Notes: generated from the sequence alone by a model not told the origin. Positions 24,001 through 38,341 are shown, counted from the first letter of the whole stretch. The stretch: DNA of 62,940 bases, filler included, from Kipferlia bialata (GCA_003568945.1; 5 parts of 4 records of this genome joined end to end with filler, not necessarily neighbours in it), one strand, 5' to 3'. A program made the numbers and translations.

Positions 24001-27000
24001 AGAGTGTCACTGAGGGTAGCTGCCCCAGTGACGCCAAGTGTGCCCTCGAGGACGGTTGCACCTGACACGGAGAGGTCCCCAGTGACATCTACGTCTACAA
24101 AGGTGGAGAGAGGGGCAGCTACCATGAGCTCCGTCTCAGAGATAGCCACACCCACCAGTACCTCTGACTCTGTCGTGGAGTACGTCCCATCTGCTGCGGC
24201 ATAGTAGATAGCACCCATAGTCAGACCACTTGTGCTGATGGTACCACCGGCACGGGTAATGGTCACAGTCTCACCGCTCTCAAGGGTCACGCTGGAGATG
24301 CCTGCGTAGACAAGAGTACCAGGGGCAGCCAGGGCTTCGGAGAGGGTGCCGTAGGAGCAAAACTCGGCATCCGGTGTACATACAGACTCCCAGGTGTCTG
24401 GGTGTAAGTGATGACATGCTGTAATGGTAGAGGATCTCTAAGTGATGATGACAGAGGGCAACAATGAACATATATACAACCCATGGGAATTTACACTCAC
24501 CGTCTGTCAGGTTCCTGAACACAATGTGTCCTTCCTTGACAGCGCCAAGTATCTGACCCGAGAGGGAGTTTGGAGACGTCCACCCAGTCTGGCCAGTCCC
24601 AGTGACACTGAGTACCTGGCCGTTAGTGGATGTTGTTATCGCGTAGAAATTGACGAGTTTGAGCAGCAACATGTTGGTATAATTGACGGTAGAGAGCTGA
24701 CATAGTATTTGGGTGAGATAGACTCTTACCTGCCCGTCCTCGCCTACTGTAGTAGGGAGTGTGTAGGAATCTGTATCAGACACAGAGACAGCGACTCCGT
24801 CAGTGCCGCTGAGAGACAGCACACCGTCGGAGGAGAGAGAGGACTCTGTGGCAGAGTTGGCGATGGTGAGGGTCTTGTCTCCGGCAGTCTCAGACTCTAC
24901 AGTGACCTCCTTGGAGGCCAGTAAGTGCAGAGTGTCAGATGTAGAGCGCAAGTGGCTGTTGTAGTCTGGTCCTGTGACCAATAACCCCCGAGAGCTTGTA
25001 CCGACACCCAACTTATACAATGACCCCAGGCTATCAGACTCTGTGCCAGTGTTGGCAAATACAGAGGTGCCGTCTACAGTGTAGTATGTCACACCATTGG
25101 ACCAGTCCTGCCCACTGACCACTCCCCCTACTAGTGCAACCACACACTCGTCATGGGGATTGCACTCCATGGTGGAGATACCAAGGAACTCCCCTGTAGG
25201 TTAGTGCAAAGTGTGGCAAAAGGGGTAGCGTATCCAACACATCCATGGCTTAACACTTGCGGACTCACCTACGTTGTCTGGGAAGTCATAGTCCTTGAAC
25301 AGACAGTCAGAGCCAACGGAACCCACAGCACCAGGAGTGCCTTCTGGTAGTGAAACTGCAAAGTAACACGAGACCTAAAGAGAGCATGCAGCAGAACTTA
25401 CCTCCATCTTGCATAAACACTGGCGAGTTCACTGGGATATACTCCATCTCAGGAAGAGTCCAAGTCATCGTGTAGGTGGGCATCCCTGCATTGTCGGCAT
25501 CTGTCCAAGATACGTTCCCATTGCCGTCTGAGGCTGTGAGAACCTGGGAGTGAGGGGAGTGGGGTGGCCGCGTTGATGTGAATACTAGTCTATGTAAATG
25601 GAACGAGGATAGCCCATCGGTTGCCATACAATACAAATATGAAAATATGCAATACACCACCAACCTGTCCTGCTGTGCCTCTAGAGGTAGGGAGTGTGTA
25701 GGATGACTCCCCCCCACTGATGGTGAGTGTGTCTCCCACGGTCACACTGGCAAAGGCATTGGCAGGCTCTATCAGCTCCAGAATGGTGCTGGAGATGGGC
25801 ACACCGAGAGGGACAGAAGTGGGCATCTGAGTAGGCGAGGCACTATCCTCGTTGGCGTAGTATATCTCTCCAACAGTGAAGCTGGTGTTCATCTTGATGA
25901 GGCCACCTGGGGGTGTCACTCTACACGTGGAGCCAGACCCACAGGCCTCAGAGGCCATACCAACGTACTCCACCCCGTCAGCAAGGGCGGCAGTGAGAGT
26001 GCTGTAGGCACAGCTGTCGCTACACACAGACACCATGTTGCCTGAGAGTCAAAAGGATAGGAAGCCACAAGACAGAGTATATAGAACAGACACCCATACG
26101 TACCCCCGCTGTTCCTAAACACAGCACTATTAGCCTCGATGGCCCCGGTAGCTGTCTCGTAGATGAACTGCAGATTGGCATCTGGTCCCGTGATGAGAAG
26201 GGCCCCACTAGATGTACCGATACCGGCCTTGATCACTCCAGTCTCTTCAAAAGTAGCACCATCGTCAGAGACGTAGTATGTCAATCCGGTCTGCAGCATA
26301 CCCAGCCCGACACCACCAATAGTGGTAATGGGACAGGTACTGTCAGGAGGACAGTCAGACGCCGCAATGCCAATGAAGCGGTCGACATTGGCTGGGAAGT
26401 CGTCCGCATCGAAGACACAGTCAAAGCCTCCGAATGATGTAGTCGCTCCACACACAGTGCCGTAGTACACGTTCTCACCTGGGTCAGTGACTTCTATCTA
26501 GAGGGGCACAATGAATATATTTCGAAATGGGTGTTACCTTGACCCCTTGCGAACACGGGTGCATCTGCAGAAATACTATCAATGGGACCAGTCATAATCT
26601 CGCCCTCAAATGCATCTGAGTTGCCAGCTGGGTCAGCCCAAGCGGCACTACCCGTATCGTCAGACAGGGTGAGAACCTGGGTTTAGAACTACATCGCATA
26701 TTGTGACCGAATATACACGATCATTGCGGCACGATGAGATATCACAACACAAGATACCTGTCCGTCTGTGCCTCTGGTAGTAGGTAGGCTGTACGAGGTT
26801 CCTGTGGCACCAACGGTAACAACACCAGTGACGGCCAGAGTCTCGCCCACAGTAGCAGCCTTGGTGACGTCTAGGTTGTCGCTAAGAGTAGTGACCCCAG
26901 TGACAGTAAGAGNNNNNNNNNNNNNNNNNNNNNNNNNNNNNNNNNNNNNNNNNNNNNNNNNNNNNNNNNNNNNNNNNNNNNNNNNNNNNNNNNNNNNNNN

Positions 27001-30000
27001 NNNNNNNNNNNNNNNNNNGGGTGTCCTTGAGAGTAGTGGCGCCAGTGACAGCCAGAGTCTCGCCCACAGTAGCAGCCTTGGTGACGTTAAGGTTGTCCTT
27101 GAGGGTGGTGGCCCCAGAGACGGTCAGAGACCCGCCCACAGTAGCGGACTTGCTGATAGCAGCATCCTCAACGACAGTGAGAGAGTCACTGAGAGTAGTG
27201 GCGCCAGTGACGGTGAGTGCGGTGTCCAAGGTGGTATCCCCTGCCACGTGGAGGGTGCTGTCTAGAGAGACAGGCCCTGAGAGGGAGATGCCGTCTGGGC
27301 TAGAGAGAGAGAGGACCCCCGAGTCCGTGGAGAGGTCCATGGCGTCAGTGGAGGTCAGAGTAGCGGCTACCACGGCACCAGAGACGTTGAGGTCGCCGTC
27401 AACGGAGGTGTCGCCAGTGAGGCTGACGCCATCGCTGCCGGAGAGAGAGAAGGCGGCCCCTCCAGTGGACTTGGCGCCCTTGGTGCCCTTGGTGAGGCTA
27501 GAAGCATCAGACGTCTCTCCAGTGGTGAAGGAGATTGTGTCTCCCACTATATGGGTGGCTGAGGCTGTGTTGCCAATCTCAACAGCAGAGGCGGCGTCTG
27601 TACCAAGCAGGATTGAGCCATTAGTGCTAGTGCCGGATGGGGTGCTACCTGCCTCCAGTACGAGGTCTCCTCCCGTGGCTCCGTAACCAGCTGTGAGGGA
27701 GAGGTCTCCGCCTCCGTAGTTGGAAGATGTGCCAAGGATGGAGGTGGAGGCGGCCTTGGCCTCAGAGGAGTCGAGGGTAGAATAGGGCCTGGAGTGAGAG
27801 GGAGAGAGAGAGAGAGATGGAGGTGGAGGCAGCCTTGGCCTCAGAGGAGTCGAGGGTGGAGTAGGGCCTGGAGTGAGAGGGCATAAGAAGGGAGAAAGGG
27901 AGAGAGAGAGAGCGAGAGGCAGCCTTGTCCTCGGAGGAGTCGAGGGTGGAGTAGGGCCTGGTGTGAGGGGAAGACTCATTAGAGTACTATACTGATACAC
28001 TAGTGTATACATGGAGAGAGAGGCTTGTCCTCGGAGGAGTCGAGGGTGGAGTAGGGCCTGGTGTGAGGAGGTGTATATATCTATCTATATATATAGACAT
28101 ATAGAGAGAGAAAGAGATGGAGAGAGGTAGCCTTGTCCTCAATCCGCAAAGATGTGTATGCAGCCCCCCCCCCCCCCCCAATGATATACATATGAGACAC
28201 AATTATGATGTATATACCCACTGAGAGTGAAGTCTGTGCCGCTCTCTCTCATTATATACATTACTCATTAATAAATACATATGTGTGTGTACGAATATCC
28301 ACACATACCTGCTGAGAGTGAAGTGTGCCACTGTCCCCCACTGTTAGGTCCCAATATATGTATACAACTCATATTTTCGGATAGATAGTGCATATATATA
28401 AATAAAAATACCTGCTGAGAGTGAAGTCTGTGCCGCTGTCTCCCACTATGAGCTCTCCTCCGATGTAGGTGTCTCCCTGGGCAGCACAGTTGATCTTGAC
28501 ATTGCCTGTGTTAGGGTACTTCAGAGGACAGGGACCTAGTGTATACACCCCTACATGTATATATGTATAGTTGTATATATGAGTCAGTGATTACCCTCAC
28601 TACATACTCTATACACTAGGTCGTAAAATAGGAATGTATATAAACACACTACATGATGCCTAGTGGTAACGGTGTATATACCTAAATGTATGTTGAAGTT
28701 ATATTGGAGCATATGCACAGAGATAGGTATACAAGTATGTATATCCACATACCCTGCATGCTGCCCAGGGGTGCTACTGTATATACCATAATATGCGTGT
28801 GTGTATATGTAGTACATAGTATAAACATACTATATATATATATTCATCCATACCCTGCATGCTGCCCAGGGGTGCATCTGAGTTGATCAGAGGCTCAAAG
28901 CACAGAGAGGTCTCAATGGCAACGTCACTGCCCATGTGCACACGGCCAGCACCTAGGGAGTGAGAGATGGTACGTATATAGAGGGGGAGAGAGAGAGAGA
29001 GAGAGAAGCCTCACTGCCCATGTGCACACGACCAGCACCTGGATGTAAGATATTTATGTATAGACCATTATATATGTATTGACAGGGATACATATAAATA
29101 TATATATATATCGGGAGAGCTATGGAGACGACCAGCACCTAGGGGTAAGTGGATATGGATCACATATATATACACACAGGATAGGGACAGAGAGAGGTCT
29201 CACTGCCCCTGTGCCAGCACCTAGAGGTCAAAGGGTACAAACACACATTCAAAGAGGGGGAGAGGGGGGGGGGGGGAGAGAATACCCGCTGCCCAGGTGG
29301 ACGTTGCCTGATACCTGAGAGTGAGACCCAGATGGGCAGTACCCATTGGGTACACAGCACGGAACACTGAGAGAGAGGGTATACATGAGTATCAATGTAC
29401 CTATGGTGTGGTCCTGGTAAATTCCCTCATCGGCCTATCCCAGAGTCAGACTGGTCCCATCCACAGTCGTGATAAGATTACCGGTATAGGCCAAGAAGTA
29501 TACGGTCAGGAACACTGGTATTAGGCAGCAGAGAAGGGAATGAACAAGAGAACAAAAGGGTTTAAAGTTTTTGTGTCTTTTGGTCATGTCAATAAGATTG
29601 AATTCAACGGAAGCAACAACGAGAGCGGAAAATGCAATGAAATATCGCTCAATGCACATGCCTGCAGTAGCCATGAGCACAGATATGAGTGCAGAGAGCA
29701 GTACGGTCCTTCTGGAGACCTGAGATGAGGATAGGAGGCGTATTGTGGGAAGAATAGAAATGCATAGCGTCTTTCACTGTTCTTCTCCTCACCTTGTCCC
29801 CCGTGGGTGCATCTGTGCCATCAGCAAAGCCAAAACCATGCACCATGGGAGGAGGCGAGGTTAGAAACTGAACAGGTTGGGGCATAACGCCGATAGGAAT
29901 GGGGGAGCCAATAGGTGTATCGAACTGCGGCTCCATGAGGTGGGGCATGGATATGGAGTCATCCATGGAGGATGTGTCGCTATCGGTGTGTCTGGTGTTG

Positions 30001-30193
30001 CCAGAGCGGCCAGGGGGGTGGAGCTGGGGTGAGCATAGGCTGAAACACTATCATCCCTATCCATAAGCGTATCAACAGACGCTCATGCACACACCACACA
30101 CACGAATCGGGTTAGAGGTACGTATAGCAGTACCTGGGAGCCAGGGGCATACACGGCCTGTGTTGCCGGGAGCTGGCGGGATCGCTTCCCCAT
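21063..30193 (-). CDS. Large S/T/G-rich repeat protein, probably type II membrane-anchored surface protein
   Basis: ATG 30193 (MGSDPASS). Pro-rich exon, then hydrophobic VLLSALISVLMATA..VFLTVYFLAY segment. A large exon has LTVSGATTLKDNLNVTKAATVGETLAVTGATTL repeats, followed by seven G(I/M)A..GG..YY..G(V/I)..S..L modules and six YTLP..G..GQVL linkers. Ends VVPFWYY*. N-gaps at 21776-22045 and 26913-27018. Linkage of the 5' exons is less certain. Confidence 0.8.
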
Positions 30194-30514
30194 CTAGGCC
30201 TCTAAAGAGAGCAGTTCCAACCTGAGTCTCTGATTCTGCGAATCGGAAATTGCATCAATAGTATTGAATCAATACACTCTTAAAGGTCATATCCACTTCT
30301 GGTGTATATATATATGGTACCTGTAGCCTCTGGGATGTGGGTGAGGACTGGAATAATTGGTCTGCTGGGTGTAAAGGAGAGTTCTTTGGTCAATGTAGGC
30401 CATCTATGAACAATGGTGTTGCAGTGGATTTGAGATGATCTATCTATGTAGGGAACATATGTATTCTGGTGTACATCCCCCCCCCCCCCCCCCCCCCCCC
30501 CCTCCCTCCTCTCT

Positions 30515-30614
30515 NNNNNNNNNNNNNNNNNNNNNNNNNNNNNNNNNNNNNNNNNNNNTTAATTAATTAANNNNNNNNNNNNNNNNNNNNNNNNNNNNNN
30601 NNNNNNNNNNNNNN
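30515..30614. other. Artificial contig spacer
   Basis: N-TTAATTAATTAA-N, 100 nt. Confidence 0.95.
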
Positions 30615-30699
30615 GCCATTGTCAGATTTACACAGTATGTGCATATAGTGGACTCCCCCCCCCCCCCCCATTTCTCTCTCCGACCCAGGGCATATACCA

Positions 30700-30739
<40 letters not shown>

Positions 30740-30751
30740 CTCACCCCTCAG

Positions 30752-30850
30752 GCCATGTACCAGTCTGTGTCCCAGACCCCTATTAGTATGGATGTGTTCA
30801 GAAAGGTGATTGACAGGGAGAAGGAGAGGGACAAGCGGAAGGGGCGGTAG
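30752..30850 (+). CDS. Terminal exon of an unidentified gene cut by the contig edge
   Basis: CTCACCCCTCAG acceptor, then AMYQSVSQTPISMDVFRKVIDREKERDKRKGR*. Confidence 0.55.
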   Translation, partial: AMYQSVSQTPISMDVFRKVIDREKERDKRKGR

Positions 30851-31418
30851 GTACAGATAGAGACAGAGAGAGGGACGCCACAACACCCGAAGTGCGGTCT
30901 AGGCATATATATGTCGGGTAGTCCCTGTACCATGATCAATTGATGAATTGATTGATGTTGATCAATTGAAGTTGATGAGATGATTGATTCATTGACAAGA
31001 GTAGACACATGCACGGAGAGAGCATCGCCTTAGCTCAGCCCACTTCCACAGTGCATAGTGTATCATAGTGTAGCCTTAGCAACGTTTTGTGTATGAGTGT
31101 ATCTCCAGACACGCCGTATTTGTGAGTCTGGAAAACCAATAGATAAGGATAGTTGAGTCTATTGTAGAGATTATCACTGTTTGAATATACGTGTTATTAG
31201 TGTAAGTACTTATGTTCGAAGTGCCGCTCAGTATATATATGGTACTATCATTCGCACTCCAACGGGGTCTATTCTGACAATGCACATCTCTCGCCTCACT
31301 AAAGAATATGATAAGTAGTAAATGAATAGGAATGAGGCAGAGAGACTGGATAACACTGATACAAACAGACACAAATACGTTGTCAACACACGACGTCATT
31401 GATGATTGTCATAGTATG

Positions 31419-32912
31419 TCACTCCCCCTTCCTGGCCCCCTTGCCGCACACCCTCCTGTACACACTCCCCAGACCGAAGAAGTAGGAGGTGTGCAGGTGG
31501 TGGAGCAGCATCTCCTCGTGGGGCTGGAGGGTGAGGGGATAGTATATATGGAGTGTATATGGCATAGAGAATATCTGTCCATATGGTATATACATATATA
31601 TACTAAGGTGCAGAAGCATCTCCTTGTGGGACTGGAGGGTGAGGAGGAGGTGCATGCATGCAGGGAGAACGGCGACATTCCATATTCATGTATATAGTAC
31701 AGTATTCATATAGTATGTACACCCACACACATACACCCACCTTCATCGTATGGGGCTGGGGGGTGAGAGGGGAGAGTATGTGTAGAGTGTAAAGGGAATA
31801 GATAGTATCTGTCCATATGGTATATACATATATATGCAAAGGTGCAGAAGCATCTCATGATGATGGGCTGGTGGGTGAGGAGGAGGTGTATGTATACAGG
31901 GAGAACAGTGACATATACATTAGTGTTCATGTATGTAGTATTCAGACACATACACACACACATACACTCACCTTCGTAGCCACGCCCCCAAACCAGTGTA
32001 CGTGGTATTGATAGTATTCATACAGTATAGTATACATATACTACACACCCACCTTCATCGTAGCCAGGTGCCCCTGGTCTATCCTGTACACCCTGAACCT
32101 GGGGGTGCCATTCAGGAAGGACAGCAGAGCCTTGGAGGATGCAGAGGTGTATGTCACACTCTCACTGGCACTCTGCTCACTCTCGCTCTGCTCCTGTCTA
32201 CACTCAGAGGTGCTCTCCTCACGCTGCCTCTCCCTTTCTCTCTCCCTGTCACGTTCTCTCTCCAGTGATGTGCGGCGTACTACACCGTGGGCCTCCAACT
32301 CACGCTGTCTCTTCTTGGTGTCCTTGGGGTGAGGGGTATATATAGTGCAGATAATCAATATGTATACTGTCTCTGAAGGTGAGGGAGTAAGAAAGGAAGG
32401 GACAATCATATGGGTGTGATTAGCGCTCTCAAGAAACATAAATGAGTATATTTGAGTATGTGTGAATACTATACCCCGTACCTGCTTAGCCCTCTTCTTG
32501 ACCATGGCCTCCCTTACTCATATATATAAACAGGTATATATATATATAGTAACATAATTACTATATAATACTATAGACGTGGATCATCACAATACCCTGT
32601 ACCTGCTTGGCCCTCTTCTTGACCATGGCCTCCCTTACTCATATATATAGACAGGTATATATACATATACCGGTGTGAGTGAGAGAATACAATAGTAATA
32701 GCAATAAGACAGTACCTGCTTGGCCCTCTTCTTGACCATGGCCTCCCTGCCCTTCTGGTACTTGTACATGCCCAGCCAGCTGTCAACGCCTGTAGTATGA
32801 GAGATGGTATGATTATACATATATGGAGAGAGAGACAACTGTCAACGCCTAGAGGGGTCAGAGAGGGGAGGGAGAGAGAGAGTGTGTGTGTGTGAGAGAA
32901 AATAAAGAAAAA

Positions 32913-32944
<32 letters not shown>

Positions 32945-35449
32945 TAGTACCTGGCAGGGCGAAGCATATGTGGTACAGGTCGCCAGGGGGGAAGAGGGAG
33001 AGGGGGCTGGTCAGGGGGACCTGGGGTAAGTGAGAGATACACACAGAGAGAAAGAGAGAGGACTGGTCACATATACACACACAAGTGTATCCATACCTGT
33101 GACCTCAGCACCATCTGAGCCGCAGTGGCATTGGCCAGCTGGACCTGAGTGTAAGGGAGGGGGGGTGGGGGGTATATAGTATATACACATTATGTATATC
33201 AAGGAAATATGATATCAAAGGGGGACGACCTGAGTGTAAGGGGAATATATGATGATACATAGATTAGATGGATGGGCATGAGATACGGCGGGGCTATTGA
33301 CTCCTATATTGAGGGGAATTATCAGCACACACACACACCTCCTTGACGGCCCTGCTGAATGCCTGTCCGTCCATGTGATCCATGTCAGAGGAGTGATTGG
33401 ATACAGGCTGCGTGATGGTGTAGCGACGCATGAGGGGAGGGGGAGGGGGGACAGGGAGATACTGGGGTCAGCATGGGCCGATAGTGGGGACGCAGAATTC
33501 ATGGAGACGTAATAGAATACAGTGTGTTACTCTACGTGGATACATAACACATAGTACCCACCTCGAGGCCTGTGACGCTACTCCTTCTGGCCAGGTTCCG
33601 ATGCTCGGCCTCTCTCTCTCTCTCTCGCTGTCTCTCACCCTCACCCTCTGACGCGATCTCTCTCTCCCTCTCTCCCTCAGTCTCTCCCTCTGACTCTTCG
33701 ACCTCTTCCTTCACAAGGATGGAGGCACTGTCAATGTAGCCTGGGGATCAACAGAGTATAGAGTACAAACTATCGCATTCAATGTGATACTTCTACATAT
33801 TATGTTTCCATTAACCCGTGGTGGTGATAGGGATACACACAGGGAGAAGGGAACTACAATCTACTAGTATCACACCAGATGCCAGTGGCTCTGTGTCACT
33901 GACCTATTGCAGACTAGTACTCATACAGTTGTATCCAGTCACTATGTTTGCATATATATGTGTGTATGTGTCCATACCTGATGCCAGTGGCTCTGTGTCA
34001 CTGACCCCTCCCTCCTTGATGGCAGGGAGGGTACTACTGGTGACACGCTTGGGTTTAATGGGCTCGGACTGGGCTACCTTCCTGCCCTGGGGGTTAGTAT
34101 ACAAGGAAGTGAATATATATGAGTTTGTAACTGTATGAGAACGTGCTCCGTTACATAGGTGTATCATGATATTGACCCCCATACCTTGATGTGGGATGCC
34201 AATCTGTTGAGTATTGGCATATATGAATCTGTATATCTTCTGTTATGCACCAATATATATATGTATGTATATATATATATACATATGTCATACCTTGATG
34301 TGTGACGCCAGTCTGTTGAATACAGTTTTGTAAGAAACTATGGATCCCCTGTCATTCACTAATATATATATATCACTATATATATTAATGTATCATGCCA
34401 TTACCTTGATGTGGGATGCCAGTCTGTTGAATGTGTTGCGCAGGGAGAACTTGACAACGCTGAGGGGTGAGGGGGGGGAAGGGGATAGAGTTACAAGAGA
34501 CTATATATATACAATGAGTCTAAATACACATACCAAATATATATGTAGCAGTCCACCTACCCCACATGGTTCTCTACATCTCTATAACAATATGCATACA
34601 TCACCCACCCTGCATGGTTCTCGAGGTCAACGGCCAGGCCAATGGTGTTGTGCACACTCAGTCGACTGGGGGGTGAGGGGAGGGGGGGGGGTGTGTGTAG
34701 GTCTCTCTACATACAGGTATATGCCAATACATAAAGCCACGTATCAACATGAACCTCTAAATACACATGCCCACACCCACCTGAACATGTCATACTGGAA
34801 CACACAGTTTGTGCAGAAGGATGCCATCTCTCTACACAGGGCATAGCTGGCTATGCAGGGGGTGCCTACTCCATAGCACGTGGTGGAGGGGTACACCTGG
34901 GGGGAGAGGGTGGGAGAGATGCATACACTCTATACACTATATGCACAACAACACAACACTACCCCCCATACCTCTCTGAGCAGCAGTGCCAGGAGGGATG
35001 CCACGCCAGACCCCAGGGAGTGGCCAACACAGACCTGGGGGGTGAGACTATTATACATACTACTGTATAATGCCCATGGACTGTGCAGACACATACTGAA
35101 AGCCAAGAGTGATAGCAAGGTAGTCGATATGCGTAAGTAAGAGTATCTATATACATCTCCCCCTCGTACCAGGTTGTACACGGGGTATCAGTATCAATAT
35201 CATAGCAGAACTGCCCTATATACTCATATACATACACCAATATCCGTACCAGGTTGTACCCCGGTACTATCATATAGTAGTATCATATATAATTATACAT
35301 ATATATCCATCTCCCCCGTACCAGGTTGTACCCGGGGTATGCCTCCAGTAGTGCCCCCAGGTATGGCAACAGGTCATAGTACAGCATGGACGCAGAGGCC
35401 AGCATGCCTGGGTTACGGTATAAGGTAGACACAGGAAATGTACTAGCAG

Positions 35450-35500
<51 letters not shown>

Positions 35501-37946
35501 TGTGTGTGTGTATATACATATGTATATAGTACAGCATGGACGCAGAGGCCAGCATGCCTAGGGTTAAGGACGGCTAGGGTACATACGATATACAGAGTGA
35601 GACAGTACATATGATAGTGTGTGTATGTTTCCCCTCACCCCAGTGTGCCTGCCACTCTATGTTGGGATACCGGTGTGATGTCTGTAGCTCCCTCTCCCTC
35701 TCCTCCTGCTTCTCTCCATCTCTCTCAGACACCTCAGACTCTTCTCTCTCTCTCTCTCTCTCCCTCCCCTTCACCTCCTCCGTCGCCTTGTCTCTCTCTC
35801 TCTGACCCCTGAGGGTCAGTACCTATTCTACTATGTATCTACTATATTCAGTGATAGTGATACTACATACGCTTACTCTGAGTCTAGGAATTGCCTCACT
35901 ATTTACATCATCACAGTACACACTACACTATATGAATAGTAGTAGTATACAAACTATATACCTGTACTCTGGGTCTAGGAACTGCCGCACCATGTCACGG
36001 AACCTGGTATGAGGGAGGGTATAGTAATGAATCCGACAGGCCCTATATATATATGGATGAGACTATTATAGAATAAACGTTGAACCCGTGTTTACCTCTT
36101 TGACTCCTTCTTTGGCTTTCTGCCATAGTACACATCGTCATCTGGCTTGATGGGGGGGAACACGATGGGGACAGGCTCCTAGGAGTTGGTTGAGGGAGAA
36201 GGAGATAGACAGAAGAGACAGTGTTCAATGATACTGGTACTATTGTCAGTCACTGAGACTCGGGGTAGATGGGAGAGACCCACCTGGGCGATGTCTGTCA
36301 ACACATCTGCTATGCTGAGGGTGCCTCTGATGGTGACAGTCACGGCACGGCGCTTGTGGTCACAGTACCTGGGGGTCAGGGGCAGGATGAGATATATGTG
36401 TTTGTGCAGTATATATAGCATATGAATAGAAGAGTGACTACCTAGGGGGTCAGGGGCAGTGGATAGGAGGAGTGTACAAAAATATAGAGATGACACTCCA
36501 AACACTATTAATCCAATCACTATATGCATTGTACGTACACAATATGTGCCGGTCTGAATGGCTTTGCCTCCAAGTGGGATATGGAGACACAGGACCACTC
36601 GATGTCCAGAAAGTCGCAGATGACCTAGGGGGTTAGAGTTAGATAAGAGAGAGAAAGAGATGGTAGGCTAGAATACATATATACTACAGTCGTTCTCAAG
36701 GAAGTCACAGATGACGTAGATAGGGGAGACAGAGGAAGTCGACACATCACAATACATGCAGTCCGTTGAGTTCGGAGTCTATGGGAATAGAGAGAGAGAG
36801 AATGGGAGAAATTGTGTACCCACCTTGAGCTCTGTCTCGAACCACTTGCTCCTGGCAGTGGCACCCTGCAGCCTGGGTATTGGTACAGTAATACATATAT
36901 ATATGTATTATACATATATAGCATTGGGTGAATGATAGTGGCACCCTGCAGCCTGGGTCAGTGTATAGAGTAATAGGATGCATCACAGTATACTAGAGTG
37001 TATAGTGTCCTGCAGCCTGGGGGTGGGGGCAGAGTACACATAGCGCATGGAGTGAATGATGTCACAAAATCGTTAATTACTGTGTGCATGTTTGTCTGTA
37101 TGCTTATATACCTCTGGGCCTCATGTTTCATGGCCTCCTTGACCGACTTGAAAGTGGGCATCTCGCCTGGGGTTAGAGATATACCTATATACTATCTCAG
37201 GGCGTATCTTGATCATACATATTACACAGACACACACATATATACATAGCCATCATACATAATAATAGTATAATATATCTCTTTACCCGACATGGCCAGT
37301 CTGATGATGGAACTGCCATAGGTGCCAAGGGCAACCTGGGTATAAGAAGACATATACATGTATAATACTGCATAAATATACATAGAAGTTTACTTACATA
37401 TCCCCTTGGTACCAAGGGTAACCTGGGTATGAGAAGCCATAGGCAAGATACTGGTACATAAAGAGAGAGAGTGAGAGAGTACCTTACTGTAGTGGTGCAT
37501 CTTGGATATGAGCTCGTGGTCCTCAGCAAGCTCTGGCCTGGTATGAGGATGAAGAGGGAGAGACAGAGAGAGAGAGAGAGAGTCTCAGTCCACGTACTCC
37601 TGCATCTCTGCCGGGTACATTGGTCTCTTGGTTCTGAGGAGAGGGGCAAGACCTGGAGGTCAGAGAGAGAGAGAGAGAGAAGCGTGAAGAGAGTGGATGC
37701 GTACCAAGTGTGACGTCGACCCCGTTGAGGTCTGCGGCCCCATTCACACTCTCTGGGAGGGTGAGAGGAGAAGGGAGTGTGAGAGAGAGGGGGGGGGGGG
37801 AGTGTAATTACTAACGTAGGGACGGAGAATGCATGGTGGCCCCATTGACACTCTCTGGAAGGGTGAGACGAGGGGATAGAGGGGAGGGAAGGAGGGGGAG
37901 AGACACCGATGCTAACCTGCAGTGGATGTGGGCTGATACGTGGTCA
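31419..37946 (-). CDS. Class 3 (diacylglycerol-lipase-like) lipase, 5'-partial, multi-exon
   Basis: TVTIRGTLSIADVLTDI (~36290-36345), AHWGMLASA, nucleophile elbow VCVGHSLGSGVASLLALLL (~34980-35035), FQYDMFSRLS, and C-terminal MLLHHLHTSY. Ends KGARKGE*. Confidence 0.85.
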
Positions 37947-38046
37947 NNNNNNNNNNNNNNNNNNNNNNNNNNNNNNNNNNNNNNNNNNNNTTAATTAATT
38001 AANNNNNNNNNNNNNNNNNNNNNNNNNNNNNNNNNNNNNNNNNNNN
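37947..38046. other. Artificial contig spacer
   Basis: N-TTAATTAATTAA-N, 100 nt. Confidence 0.95.
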
Positions 38047-38086
<40 letters not shown>

Positions 38087-38341
38087 GGAGGGAGAGAGAG
38101 AAAGAGAGAGAGAGAGGCGCACTCACTTACCAGGTCCAGGTCTGTCTCGATATTCTGATATACAGATGTCTATGCATATATATATTCATATAAATAGAGA
38201 AAGAGAGACTCACTTACTAGGTCCAGGTCTGTCTCGATATTGATATATATATATATACATATGCATATATATATATTCAAATACATATATAGAGAGAGAG
38301 GCCCACTCAGAGAGAGAGAGAGAGACAGGCACACTCACTTA

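Noticed and set aside
27021..27686. 221-aa + strand ORF (also 57771-58121 and 59748-60164)
   Set aside because: Antisense shadows of real coding exons.
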